DNA of 32,000 nt from Pseudoalteromonas translucida KMM 520 (GTDB taxonomy: Bacteria > Pseudomonadota > Gammaproteobacteria > Enterobacterales > Alteromonadaceae). Made by a program: the position numbers and the translations under genes. The DNA is taken from contig NZ_CP011035.1 in assembly GCF_001465295.1 (NCBI RefSeq), positions 390,001 through 422,000 of the forward strand. Reading direction: 5' to 3'. Under the pieces are notes generated by a model, which saw only the letters and a list, made by a program, of their open reading frames with translations, made no database searches and had not been told where the DNA came from. Below, one piece after another: positions 8,498-17,680 of the stretch (its first letter is position 1; each line of letters opens with the position of its first letter).

Positions 8498-9067
8498 ATG
8501 AGCACTTCATTAATCAATACAAAATTACAACCATTCAATGCAACCGCTTACCACAACGGCGACTTTGTAGAATTATCTGAAAAAGACGTACTTGGTAAAT
8601 GGTCTATTTTCTTCTTTTACCCAGCGGATTTTACGTTTGTATGCCCAACTGAACTTGGCGACATGGCAGATTATTACGCACAATTACAAGAAATGGGCGT
8701 AGAAGTTTATTCAGTATCTACCGATACTCATTTTACTCACAAAGCATGGCACGACACGTCAGACACAATAGGTAAAATTACTTACCCTATGATTGGCGAC
8801 CCAACAGGGCGCATTACACGTAACTTTGGCGTAATGATTGAAGAAGAAGGTTTAGCACTTCGCGGTACATTTGTAATGAACCCAGAAGGCGAAATTAAAA
8901 TTATAGAAACGCACGATTTAGGTATTGGCCGTAGCGCTAAAGAACTCGTTCGTAAAGTACAAGCTGCACAATACATTGCAACGCACGACGGTGAAGTTTG
9001 CCCTGCATCTTGGCAGCCAGGTGAAGACACACTTGCACCTTCACTAGATTTAGTTGGTAAAATTTAA
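8498..9067 (+). CDS. ahpC: Alkyl hydroperoxide reductase subunit C (2-Cys peroxiredoxin)
   Basis: 189 aa, near-collinear with E. coli AhpC: FFFYPADFTFVCPTELGD, STDTHFTHKAWH, GEVCPA.W, TLAPSLDLVGKI. GAGG RBS. Confidence 0.97.
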   Translation: MSTSLINTKLQPFNATAYHNGDFVELSEKDVLGKWSIFFFYPADFTFVCPTELGDMADYYAQLQEMGVEVYSVSTDTHFTHKAWHDTSDTIGKITYPMIGDPTGRITRNFGVMIEEEGLALRGTFVMNPEGEIKIIETHDLGIGRSAKELVRKVQAAQYIATHDGEVCPASWQPGEDTLAPSLDLVGKI

Positions 9068-9084
9068 GTACTCGATTTACCAAG

Positions 9085-9106
9085 TAAGGGCAGGTAACTG
9101 CCCTTA
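9085..9106 (+). promoter_or_regulatory. Intercistronic 9-bp stem-loop between ahpC and ahpF (TAAGGGCAG-gtaa-CTGCCCTTA); no U-tract follows
   Basis: Perfect stem with a GTAA loop, starting 18 nt after the ahpC stop. It may act as a partial attenuator or mRNA-stability element that favours ahpC over ahpF. Confidence 0.45.
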
Positions 9107-9218
9107 AATCAATAAACATCCGTTTGTTGGTGCCTCCTATTTCAATATACTTGTTTAAGCACATGCATTATTTGGCATGGGAGGCTTGCTGTTTAAATTT
9201 CAATAAAAGGGTTAAGCC

Positions 9219-10790
9219 ATGTTAGATAACAACATAAAAAATCAATTAAAAAGCCATTTTGAATCGCTTACTCAGCCTGTTGAGCTGCTTATCGCCTTGG
9301 ACGACAGCAAAAAATCAACAGAAGTAGCAAGCTTAGCAAACGATTTAGCCACACTAAGCGATAAATTTACGGTAATAAACAACCCAGATACAAGCGCACG
9401 ACGGCCGTCAATGGTTGTACATTCACCTATAAAAAACACCCATATTACGTTTGCGGGTGTACCTATGGGCCATGAATTCACTAGTTTAGTGTTAGCGCTA
9501 TTGCACACAGGCGGACATGCCAGTAAAGCAAAAGCCGAGGACATTGAACAAATAAAATCACTTACTCAAGAGCTTAACTTTGAAGTGTATATAAGCTTAA
9601 GTTGCCAGACATGCCCGCAAGTAGTGCAGGCACTTAATACTATGGCAGCAACGAATAATAAAATTAAAACCACCATGATAGATGGCGCGTTATTTCAAGG
9701 CGAAGTAGAAGAGCGAAATATTTTAGCTGTACCGGCTGTTTATTTAAATGGCGAACCATTTAGCCAAGGTGCACTAAGCCTAACCGACATACTCAATAAA
9801 GTAGATAGCAAAGGTGCACAGCGCCAAGCTGAGTCGTTAAGTAAAAAAGAAAAGTTTGACGTGTTAGTTATTGGTGGTGGGCCTGCGGGTGCATCGGCTG
9901 CTATTTACTCAGCACGAAAAGGGTTAAACACCGGTATTGTTGCAGATAGGTTTGGCGGACAAGTAGCCGATACTTTAGCAATAGAGAACTTTATTTCGAT
10001 TAAAGCCACCGAAGGGCCAAAACTAGTAGCGCAACTAGAAGAGCACGTAAAAGAATACGACGTAGATGTAATGCATAACCAACGTGCAGCTAAGCTTAGT
10101 CGCAGTAATAATGGTTACGAAATTACCCTAGAAAACGGCGCGGTACTGAGTGCTAAGTCGCTGGTATTGGCAACCGGTGCACGCTGGCGCGAAATGAACG
10201 TAACTGGCGAGCAACAATATCGTGGCCATGGTGTGGCTTATTGCCCACATTGTGATGGGCCTTTATTTAAAGGCAAACCCGTTGCGGTAATTGGTGGCGG
10301 TAATTCAGGTATAGAAGCCGCGATTGATTTGGCCAATATTGTAGAGCATGTAACTGTGCTTGAATTTGCCGATACATTACGTGCCGACGAAGTACTTATT
10401 CGCAAAGCTAGCAGTATGGCTAATATTACTATTATTAAAAGTGCGCAAACAACTGAAGTACTCGGCGATGGTAAAAAAGTAACCGGTTTAACTTACACCG
10501 ATCGCGTAAGTGGCGACAGTAAGCAACTCACCCTTGCGGGTATATTTGTACAAATTGGTTTAATACCAAATACAGAGTGGCTAAAAGACAGCGAGCTTGA
10601 ATTGAGTAAATTTGGTGAGATTTTAATTGATGCCAAAGGCGCAACATCACTCCCAGGCGTTTATGGCGCGGGGGATGCAACCAATACGCCATTTAAGCAA
10701 ATAATAATTGCGATGGGCAGTGGCGCAACAGCCAGCTTAGGTGCGTTTGATTACTTAATTCGCCACAGCGATGAAACAGAGCAAGCTTAA
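9219..10790 (+). CDS. ahpF: Alkyl hydroperoxide reductase subunit F (NADH:peroxiredoxin oxidoreductase)
   Basis: 523 aa. Contains an N-terminal thioredoxin-like CQTCP, an FAD GxGxxG motif ([16 protein letters not shown]), the redox CPHCDG motif and the NADH motif [12 protein letters not shown]. Confidence 0.97.
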   Translation: MLDNNIKNQLKSHFESLTQPVELLIALDDSKKSTEVASLANDLATLSDKFTVINNPDTSARRPSMVVHSPIKNTHITFAGVPMGHEFTSLVLALLHTGGHASKAKAEDIEQIKSLTQELNFEVYISLSCQTCPQVVQALNTMAATNNKIKTTMIDGALFQGEVEERNILAVPAVYLNGEPFSQGALSLTDILNKVDSKGAQRQAESLSKKEKFDVLVIGGGPAGASAAIYSARKGLNTGIVADRFGGQVADTLAIENFISIKATEGPKLVAQLEEHVKEYDVDVMHNQRAAKLSRSNNGYEITLENGAVLSAKSLVLATGARWREMNVTGEQQYRGHGVAYCPHCDGPLFKGKPVAVIGGGNSGIEAAIDLANIVEHVTVLEFADTLRADEVLIRKASSMANITIIKSAQTTEVLGDGKKVTGLTYTDRVSGDSKQLTLAGIFVQIGLIPNTEWLKDSELELSKFGEILIDAKGATSLPGVYGAGDATNTPFKQIIIAMGSGATASLGAFDYLIRHSDETEQA

Positions 10791-10871
10791 TTGAGCTAAC
10801 CTGCATCAGGTTAGTTAAAAAATGTCTCTTGATATAACAGCAAAAATACACCCATAGCTGTTTGTTCACCC

Positions 10872-10902
10872 AAGCCGCCCTTCTCCAAAGGCGGCTTTTT
10901 TT
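10872..10902 (+). terminator. Rho-independent terminator of ahpCF
   Basis: AAGCCGCC-cttctccaaa-GGCGGCTT followed by TTTTT. Confidence 0.8.
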
Positions 10903-10974
10903 ATATTTAATTTAGGGGTTAAATAAACACTGATTATTTTTGTTTTTTAACATGCAGCGTTTATAAGCTGCATG

Positions 10975-11166
10975 TTACTTAACCCTGGTAATGCCGACTA
11001 TTATACACACAGCTCCGCCGATCATACCGGCCCATGCTTCTATTGGCGTGTCGCCACTTAGCGCACGGCTTACTTGTGAGCCAGCTGCTTCATAAACATC
11101 ATACCCCCAAATAGCCAACGCAACGCCAATAATAATAAGCACAATACCAATCACTTTGTTATTCAT
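10975..11166 (-). CDS. Small two-TM membrane protein, DUF3185-like (63 aa)
   Basis: The pattern VIGIVLIIIGVALAIWGY...(loop)...WAGMIGGAVCIIVGI resembles DUF3185. The family name is recalled, not verified. Confidence 0.6.
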   Translation of the reverse strand: MNNKVIGIVLIIIGVALAIWGYDVYEAAGSQVSRALSGDTPIEAWAGMIGGAVCIIVGITRVK

Positions 11167-11259
11167 AATAGATCCTTACTTTTTAGAGTGTTAGTTAAAA
11201 ATACTTAGTAAATATAGTAGTTAAATAATAGTAAATAAGCTAACGCAATTTATGATTAT

Positions 11260-11481
11260 TTAATAGGTTGAATTTGGTGTGTACTCTGGGTTTATATCGC
11301 CGCCCACTTCCTCAGGATCTACGTCGTTTATAAGGAGTGTTTCGCGCACGGCTTCAATATGATCAAGTACGGTTTGATAACGCTCGCCGTATTCGTATTT
11401 AGTCACCTCGATAGCTTTAGGCATGTAGGTAAATGCTATTTTAAGTGCGTGCAGTGCTTCTTGATTTATTTTTTCGTTCAT
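11260..11481 (-). CDS. Hypothetical acidic soluble protein (73 aa)
   Basis: ORF starting 22 bp downstream of the uppP stop, with an AGAGAG RBS-like tract. I recognise no family. Confidence 0.45.
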   Translation of the reverse strand: MNEKINQEALHALKIAFTYMPKAIEVTKYEYGERYQTVLDHIEAVRETLLINDVDPEEVGGDINPEYTPNSTY

Positions 11482-11503
11482 TATTATCTCTCTTAAATAT
11501 GTA

Positions 11504-12280
11504 TTAAACGTAAGCTATGGTTAATAAAATAACACCAAATATAATGCGGTAAATACCAAAACTTACAAAAGTAAAGTTTTCTAAAAAGCGGATAAATAAT
11601 TTAATTGTAAAATAGGCCACTATAAAAGAGGTAACAAAGCCTACAGCAAGGGCGGTTAAATCGTCAAAAGTAAATAAGTCATAATGCTTTAGCAAATCAT
11701 ACCCAGACGCTGCAGCAAGTACAGGTAAACCAAGTAAAAATGAAAATTCAGCGCTGGCTTTGCGGTTTAAACCACACAACATAGCACCTACAATAGAGCT
11801 GCCCGCACGACTAGTTCCAGGAATAAGTGCGAATACTTGAGCTATACCAATCCATATTGCTTGCTTATAAGTCACTTGAGTAACATCGGTAGTGGTGCAG
11901 TTTTGTTCTTTATAATTGCGCTCTAGCAGTAAAAAAATCACGCCACCAACAATAAACATAACTCCCACAACGGGTACGTTAAATAGTGCTTTTATTACGT
12001 CACTAAAAATAAAAGCAATAATGCCTAAAGGAATAAATGCGATGGCTATTTTTATCCATAAGTTAAGATGTTTTGGAGTGAACTTATCTTTATAGTTGGC
12101 AAGTACCGCTAAAATGGCGGCTAATTGAATAATTACGCCGAATGCTTGATTAGTAGCCGTTGCTTCTATTCCCAACCATTGCGCTGCTACAATAATATGC
12201 CCGGTTGACGAAATAGGTAAAAACTCAGTAATACCTTCAATAATACCTAAAATAATTGCGTTAAAAATGTCCACGTTCAA
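11504..12280 (-). CDS. uppP: Undecaprenyl-diphosphate phosphatase
   Basis: 258 aa. Contains [24 protein letters not shown] and [10 protein letters not shown] as in E. coli UppP/BacA. The apparent start is TTG at 12280. Confidence 0.92.
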   Translation of the reverse strand: MNVDIFNAIILGIIEGITEFLPISSTGHIIVAAQWLGIEATATNQAFGVIIQLAAILAVLANYKDKFTPKHLNLWIKIAIAFIPLGIIAFIFSDVIKALFNVPVVGVMFIVGGVIFLLLERNYKEQNCTTTDVTQVTYKQAIWIGIAQVFALIPGTSRAGSSIVGAMLCGLNRKASAEFSFLLGLPVLAAASGYDLLKHYDLFTFDDLTALAVGFVTSFIVAYFTIKLFIRFLENFTFVSFGIYRIIFGVILLTIAYV

Positions 12281-12475
12281 TGTGTTCCTAAATACTTAAT
12301 AAAAAATACAATGGGAGTTGCTAATGCTCATAATATTTTATGAGAAACAATACATAACTCACTTATCAAAATTCCGCCATAGGATAAGAGCTTATTAACA
12401 ATATCTAAAGTGTTTTAATGTTTATTTAAGTAAAGGGCTGTAATTTTAAATAATACAGCTTAAGTTAGTTTTAAA

Positions 12476-13309
12476 TTAAGCTAAAAATGCTTTTGCGGCG
12501 TCTACACCCATTTGGTAGCCAGTGTTAAGGGTTGCACGCTTTTTAGTGGTACGGCCCACTTTAAAATTAACCGGTGGCGCAATAATATTTACCCGGCAAT
12601 CGGCGGGCGGGTTATTAATAAAATCAATACTTTGGTTATAAACATTGGCTCTGGTGAGGGTTGTGTTAATAAGTGCCGGGTAGTTTTTATATATTTGTTT
12701 AGTTAACCATGGTGCTTTACTTGGCCTTTTACGATAACCCAAAGGCTGAGATAAAATAACGGTTATTTCACGTGCACCCATTTCATACGCTTTTTTAACG
12801 GGGATAGAGTCGGCTACGCCGCCATCGGTCATGGCTATATTATTAATTATTGGATAGTCGCGATACGCAATAGGAATAGCACAAGACGCTTTTAATTGCT
12901 CGACCATATCGGTGCTGGTGGCTTTTAAATAATGCGCCTTACCCGATTCTATAGCCGTAGTAACAATATAAAAGTCTGCCGGATTTTGCGCAAACACGTC
13001 GGTGTTTAAACGTATTTCACGAATGGTTTCTTGCCATAGCCAGTCTAAATCAAATAAATGGCCACCTTTTATAAAGCGCGCAAAATTAATAAACTCAGGT
13101 CGACATGAATAATCGGTGATCACTTTGTAATTGCGCATTGGTTGCTTGCACAAATAGGCAGCTATATTTGTAGCCCCTGCAGATACGCCAAAATAACATG
13201 CGAATGGTTGATAGTTTTGTTTTAAAAATTCATCAAGCACACCGGCTGCAAAAATACCGCGCATTGCACCCCCTTCAACAACCAAAGTGTGTTTATGTTG
13301 ATTTGTCAT
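12476..13309 (-). CDS. Patatin-like phospholipase family protein
   Basis: Oxyanion motif GGAMRG, nucleophile elbow GVSAGA and catalytic Asp motif TDGG are all present. AAGGA RBS. Confidence 0.85.
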   Translation of the reverse strand: MTNQHKHTLVVEGGAMRGIFAAGVLDEFLKQNYQPFACYFGVSAGATNIAAYLCKQPMRNYKVITDYSCRPEFINFARFIKGGHLFDLDWLWQETIREIRLNTDVFAQNPADFYIVTTAIESGKAHYLKATSTDMVEQLKASCAIPIAYRDYPIINNIAMTDGGVADSIPVKKAYEMGAREITVILSQPLGYRKRPSKAPWLTKQIYKNYPALINTTLTRANVYNQSIDFINNPPADCRVNIIAPPVNFKVGRTTKKRATLNTGYQMGVDAAKAFLA

Positions 13310-13404
13310 AACGATATATTCCTTACATCATTTTTTAATGCTATCAACTTAGTTAGCAAAGTACGAGGGAGGAGGTAGGCGCTTATTTATTATAAATACT
13401 CAAC

Positions 13405-13446
13405 AAAATAAACGGGCAGTGTTTAATTGCCCGTTTATTGTTTTTT
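13405..13446. terminator. Bidirectional hairpin terminator downstream of the NfeD/SPFH operon
   Basis: 12-bp perfect stem AATAAACGGGCA / TGCCCGTTTATT, with T-rich tracts following it on both strands. Confidence 0.7.
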
Positions 13447-13480
13447 ATCTGTTTATAAAAATATAATTGCTGTAGGTTTT

Positions 13481-13933
13481 TTAAATGCTTTCAACCCACA
13501 TTATGCCGACTTCTTTTTTAGTTACTTTAACTTGCGTACCGGCGCTAATGGGCTGTTTGCTTTTAAGTTGCCAGCTAATGCCAGAATACTGATGAGTACT
13601 TAACCCTTCAATAGTCACATCTTGGTTAAGTGTAAAAGTCAGCTCGGCAAAATCGCTATTAACTGGTTTACGGTCAACATTATTTTGCATCCGCTTTAGG
13701 GGCTTCCAAAGCAATATAGAAATTGCAGCCGTTATTAGAGTATTACTCCAAAGCGCAGTGGTCATAGAGTCGGCTAATATTCCCATACTCATGAGCAGCC
13801 CGGTTATAAATAACGATAAGCCAAAAAATAACAATATAAAGGTAGAGAGCCCCAATACGGCTACTTCTATTATCAGCGCAAGAACCCCAAGTACCATTAA
13901 GGTTTGTGGTAAATTTTGGGTAATAAATTCCAT
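13481..13933 (-). CDS. NfeD-family membrane protein (YbbJ-like)
   Basis: 150 aa with an N-terminal multi-TM region and a C-terminal OB-like soluble domain. It lies immediately (21 bp) downstream of the SPFH gene, which is the classic pairing. AAGGAG RBS. Confidence 0.8.
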   Translation of the reverse strand: MEFITQNLPQTLMVLGVLALIIEVAVLGLSTFILLFFGLSLFITGLLMSMGILADSMTTALWSNTLITAAISILLWKPLKRMQNNVDRKPVNSDFAELTFTLNQDVTIEGLSTHQYSGISWQLKSKQPISAGTQVKVTKKEVGIMWVESI

Positions 13934-13954
13934 ACCGACTCCTTTATTTAGTTA

Positions 13955-14908
13955 TTAGCCTTGATGCTTTTTATTTAAGCTATTAATAATGGCCATACCT
14001 TGTGCAACCATTGAGCTTGCATCGGTGGCGTTATCAGGAAGTAATACAATTGATGACTCTCTGGCAATGGCTTCTTTGGCGGCTATTGCTTTAGTTGCTA
14101 AATCAAGCTGAATTGCTTTTTGACCTTGTGCTGTATCGGCGGCTTCACCCACTTTACGCAGGGCTTCGGCTTGTGCTTCGGCAACTGCAATAATTGCTTT
14201 TGCTTCACCTTCAGCGCGTAAAATTTGTTCTGCTTTTTCACCTTCAGCACCTAATACTTGTGCTTGTTTACGCCCTTCGGCCACATTGATATTGGCTTGA
14301 CGGTCACCTTCAGATTCAAGTATTTGTGCGCGTTTTACTCGCTCTGCTTTCATTTGTGCTTCCATCGCTTCCATTACAGATTGCGGTGGCACAATATCTT
14401 TTATTTCGTAGCGTAATACTTGAATACCCCAAGGCTCTGCTGCTTGGTTGATAGAAGTTACAATATTAGTGTTAAGTACGTCACGCTCTTCAAAGGTTTT
14501 ATCTAATTCCATTTTACCTAACTCAGAACGCATGGTTGTTTGCGAAAGCTGAGTTACAGCAAATATGTAATCATCAACGCCATAGGTTGCTTTATATGGG
14601 TCAAGTACACGGAAATACAATACGCCATCTACAGTAAGCGAAATATTATCTTTAGTGATTGCCGACTGTGAAGGCACGTCTTGAGCTTGCTCTTTTAAGC
14701 TGCGATCTGCAGCAATACGATCAATAAATGGGATGATAAAGTTTAGACCAGCTTCTTTAGTTGATTGAAATTTACCAAAGCGTTCAATTAACCAGGCGCG
14801 GTTTTGTGGTACAAATTTGACACTACTTTTTAGCAGTACTAAAACAAAAATGAGTAAAAATGCTTCAACGGTAAATATTGCATTGAGCACTTGTGCAATC
14901 GGATCCAT
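13955..14908 (-). CDS. SPFH/band-7 (stomatin/QmcA-like) membrane protein
   Basis: 317 aa, collinear with E. coli QmcA motifs: ERFG.., ITKDN..L.VD.V, MELD..., WGI.V.R.EI.DI.PP, and AEGE repeats. Confidence 0.92.
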   Translation of the reverse strand: MDPIAQVLNAIFTVEAFLLIFVLVLLKSSVKFVPQNRAWLIERFGKFQSTKEAGLNFIIPFIDRIAADRSLKEQAQDVPSQSAITKDNISLTVDGVLYFRVLDPYKATYGVDDYIFAVTQLSQTTMRSELGKMELDKTFEERDVLNTNIVTSINQAAEPWGIQVLRYEIKDIVPPQSVMEAMEAQMKAERVKRAQILESEGDRQANINVAEGRKQAQVLGAEGEKAEQILRAEGEAKAIIAVAEAQAEALRKVGEAADTAQGQKAIQLDLATKAIAAKEAIARESSIVLLPDNATDASSMVAQGMAIINSLNKKHQG

Positions 14909-15032
14909 GTAAATATTCCTTCTAATAATAAAGAGTTAACAAGTTGAATTGTTAGTGTTGTTTATAATTTCAACGTTGCTAGAGTAGCATTGCTAGTATG
15001 GTTTCACTATAAAATAGTTAGTAAGATGATAT

Positions 15033-16493
15033 TCAATTATTTTCAAAAAACTGACAAATTTTATTACGACCCGTTTCTTTAGCTTCATATAAGGCTGCAT
15101 CAGCATTATTAATAATTGTTTCGGGGCGGATGTTTTTAGTTGGGTATGCGCTATAAAAGCCGACGCTAAGTGTGAGTGTTTTTGCAACACTAGAGTCGCT
15201 ATGTACTATGCTTAGCTGCGCTATTTTTTGTTGTAATAATAATGCAAATTGATGGCACTCTGCTGCGTTAAGCGAAGGCAAAATTATTGCAAATTCTTCC
15301 CCACCGTAACGCGCAGCTAAATCACCTTCGCGTCGGCAAAGTTTATTTAGTGCTTTAGCAACTTGCTTAAGTGCATCATCGCCTTTTTGGTGGCCATAAT
15401 TGTCGTTATAGCGTTTAAAAAAGTCTATATCGCACATAATTAAGCTAAGTGATTGCTTATTACGAGCACAACGTTGTATTTCACTTTTAAGTGTTTCATC
15501 AAAACAGCGGCGATTGGCTATATTAGTTAAACCATCGGTATTAACTAATAAACTTAATTTTTGATTTGCAGTAATAAGCTGTTGCTGGGCAAGTTGTAGC
15601 TTTTTTTTGTAATCTATATTTTTTAATGCATTGGCAATTATTTCGCCCACTAATTTTATTCTGATCAGATCAATGTGTGTCCATGCGCGCTTAAAGTTAA
15701 CACAGTCACAGCCTATAAAACCAATAAGCTCTTTATCAAAAAGGAGCCCAATGCATAAAACGGATTGTATTTTTTGTATCTGAAACTCAACTTTTTCAGC
15801 GTTTGCTGCTTGAGGTAATTTTAAAACATCGTTTACCTGAAACAAATGCGTGGCGTTCATTACTTCAAAAAAGTAGGGGAGTTCGGTTTTTGGCACATTT
15901 TGTAATCTTTGTTTGAAAGGTTCAATGCCTTCATTCACCCATTCGTGGGTGTTAGTAATGGTTTCATTGTCGGTATTAAATTCAAATAAATAACTACGAT
16001 CGGCAGCAAATGCAGTGCCAATGGCTTTTAACGCAAAATTAATATGCAGATCAATATCATCATTTTGTATGTCGATTAAATCTGTTGATATTTCAGAAAT
16101 AATTCGATCAAAATTATAGAGTTCAATTACATCGCTTTTTAAAGGCTCTAAACACAACATAGAAACAGAATCAGATAATTGTGTAAGGGCGATATTTAAC
16201 GGTATGCTTTGTTGTTGTTTTTTTAGCTGTATATTAGTGCTTGTTTTTGAGTCGAATAATGACTCAATAGCAATGTGTTTATTATTATGCACGCTCAGGA
16301 GAGTGACAGCATTAAATGCAGCACTATCTATATTGTCGAAATGCTTTAAATCAAATAAAGTTTGCGCCGCAGAGTTAACACAATAAGTATTATTTTTATT
16401 GTCGTATAATAAAATAGCTAAACTGAGTTTATTTAAAACCTGCCACAACTTTAGTATTGAGTCATCACTCACTTGTATCTCCAAGCTAAACAT
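15033..16493 (-). CDS. Diguanylate cyclase with N-terminal PAS-like and GAF-like sensor regions (GGEEF active site, RxxD I-site)
   Basis: The C-terminus has DIDFFKRYNDNYGHQKGDDAL and REGDLAARYGGEEFAII (RxxD five residues before GGEEF). The sensory N-terminus is about 300 aa. Confidence 0.9.
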   Translation of the reverse strand: MFSLEIQVSDDSILKLWQVLNKLSLAILLYDNKNNTYCVNSAAQTLFDLKHFDNIDSAAFNAVTLLSVHNNKHIAIESLFDSKTSTNIQLKKQQQSIPLNIALTQLSDSVSMLCLEPLKSDVIELYNFDRIISEISTDLIDIQNDDIDLHINFALKAIGTAFAADRSYLFEFNTDNETITNTHEWVNEGIEPFKQRLQNVPKTELPYFFEVMNATHLFQVNDVLKLPQAANAEKVEFQIQKIQSVLCIGLLFDKELIGFIGCDCVNFKRAWTHIDLIRIKLVGEIIANALKNIDYKKKLQLAQQQLITANQKLSLLVNTDGLTNIANRRCFDETLKSEIQRCARNKQSLSLIMCDIDFFKRYNDNYGHQKGDDALKQVAKALNKLCRREGDLAARYGGEEFAIILPSLNAAECHQFALLLQQKIAQLSIVHSDSSVAKTLTLSVGFYSAYPTKNIRPETIINNADAALYEAKETGRNKICQFFENN

Positions 16494-16690
16494 TAAACGT
16501 TATTATTTTTATAATATATTGTTATTTTTATACCTTTTTAAATACTTTTAGTACAGAAGTTTCTATTTTCCCAAGTTTTTAGTGCGTTTATTAGGTTTAC
16601 GTATTATAATTGATACTGTATATCATTACGTATCCCCGTTGAGCTTTTTCGAAGCTTACTTTGTTTTAAGTATAGGTACTTAAGTATTTC

Positions 16691-17581
16691 ATGACCGAAA
16701 TAACGACACATAAAGCTTCCCGTCGCCGTTTATTAATTGCTTTGGCGATCACCTGCTCTTTTATGGTTATTCAATTAATAGGCGCATATTACGCCAATTC
16801 ACTAGCAGTATTAGCCGATGCAGGGCACTTGTTTGTTCATAACAGCTCTTTATTTATTGCTTTAATTGCCTCGAGCTTGGCGATTCATTTTGCTAAAACC
16901 TATAACGATGGCTATCAGCGTGCTGAGTTAGTGGGAGGCCTTATAAATGGCTTTTTATATTTAGCAATTAGCTTGATTATATTGTATGAAGGTGGCGAGC
17001 GTTTTATGCACCATCATGAAGGCAACGAGCTTGAAATAAATAGCTTTTTAATGTCGGCCATTGCCGCGCTTGGTTTTTTGTTTCATGGTGCCGCTGCTTG
17101 GGTTTTATATAAAGGCCGTAAAGCGAGCATTAATGTATATGCGGTGTTTTTACACTCGTTTTTTGACATTATATCTACTATTTCTACTTTTATAGCCGGT
17201 GTTTTAATTTACCTGACTGGTTGGGATATTATTGATATTTTATCGAGCATGTTAATTGCTTCATTCGTTTTATTCACCGGTATTAAGGTTATTATAAGTT
17301 GCGTTAAAGGGCTGTACATAAATAAAGATAAACTCCCTAAAGTAGCTAAAGTTGAACAAGCAATTACCACAATCCAGCATGTAGAAAACGTGCATAACGT
17401 AACTGTAGTACGAAAAGATAAAACGGTGATAGTGGGTGCGCATATAGTGTTAAAAAAACACTGCACCATTGAAAAGCATGATAAAGCATGTCGCTTAAAG
17501 GTCGAAAACCTGCTGCGTTCAAAATTTAATATAACAAATAGCGTGCTACAAATTGAAAGTAGCTGCAGTAGTGTTAATTAA
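16691..17581 (+). CDS. Cation diffusion facilitator (CDF) family metal efflux transporter
   Basis: 296 aa with six TM helices. Contains SLAVLADAGHL, a HHHEGNE loop, FLHSFFD, and a C-terminal cytoplasmic alpha/beta domain. Confidence 0.9.
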   Translation: MTEITTHKASRRRLLIALAITCSFMVIQLIGAYYANSLAVLADAGHLFVHNSSLFIALIASSLAIHFAKTYNDGYQRAELVGGLINGFLYLAISLIILYEGGERFMHHHEGNELEINSFLMSAIAALGFLFHGAAAWVLYKGRKASINVYAVFLHSFFDIISTISTFIAGVLIYLTGWDIIDILSSMLIASFVLFTGIKVIISCVKGLYINKDKLPKVAKVEQAITTIQHVENVHNVTVVRKDKTVIVGAHIVLKKHCTIEKHDKACRLKVENLLRSKFNITNSVLQIESSCSSVN

Positions 17582-17680
17582 ACTTGGCAAATTGCAGCAT
17601 ATGGCTTAGTTTAAGTTATATGTAAATAATAGCTGTTGTAGGAACAAATTGAATCGACAGCAGTTTATTGGAATCTAATT

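Noticed and set aside
10949-10976. 10-bp perfect hairpin AACATGCAGC-N8-GCTGCATGTT at the 3' end of the DUF3185-like gene, considered as a terminator
   Set aside because: The T-run precedes rather than follows the stem on the plus strand, and an A-run follows it on the minus strand. It is therefore not a canonical intrinsic terminator in either direction, and I left it unannotated.
12476-14908. Patatin-like phospholipase next to an SPFH/NfeD pair, considered as a possible membrane-targeting defence or abortive-infection module
   Set aside because: SPFH-NfeD is the ubiquitous qmcA-ybbJ-type housekeeping pair. A strong bidirectional terminator (13405-13446) separates it from the patatin gene. 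No cyclase, sensor, nuclease or other defence-associated partner lies nearby, and the neighbours (uppP, ahpCF) are core genes.
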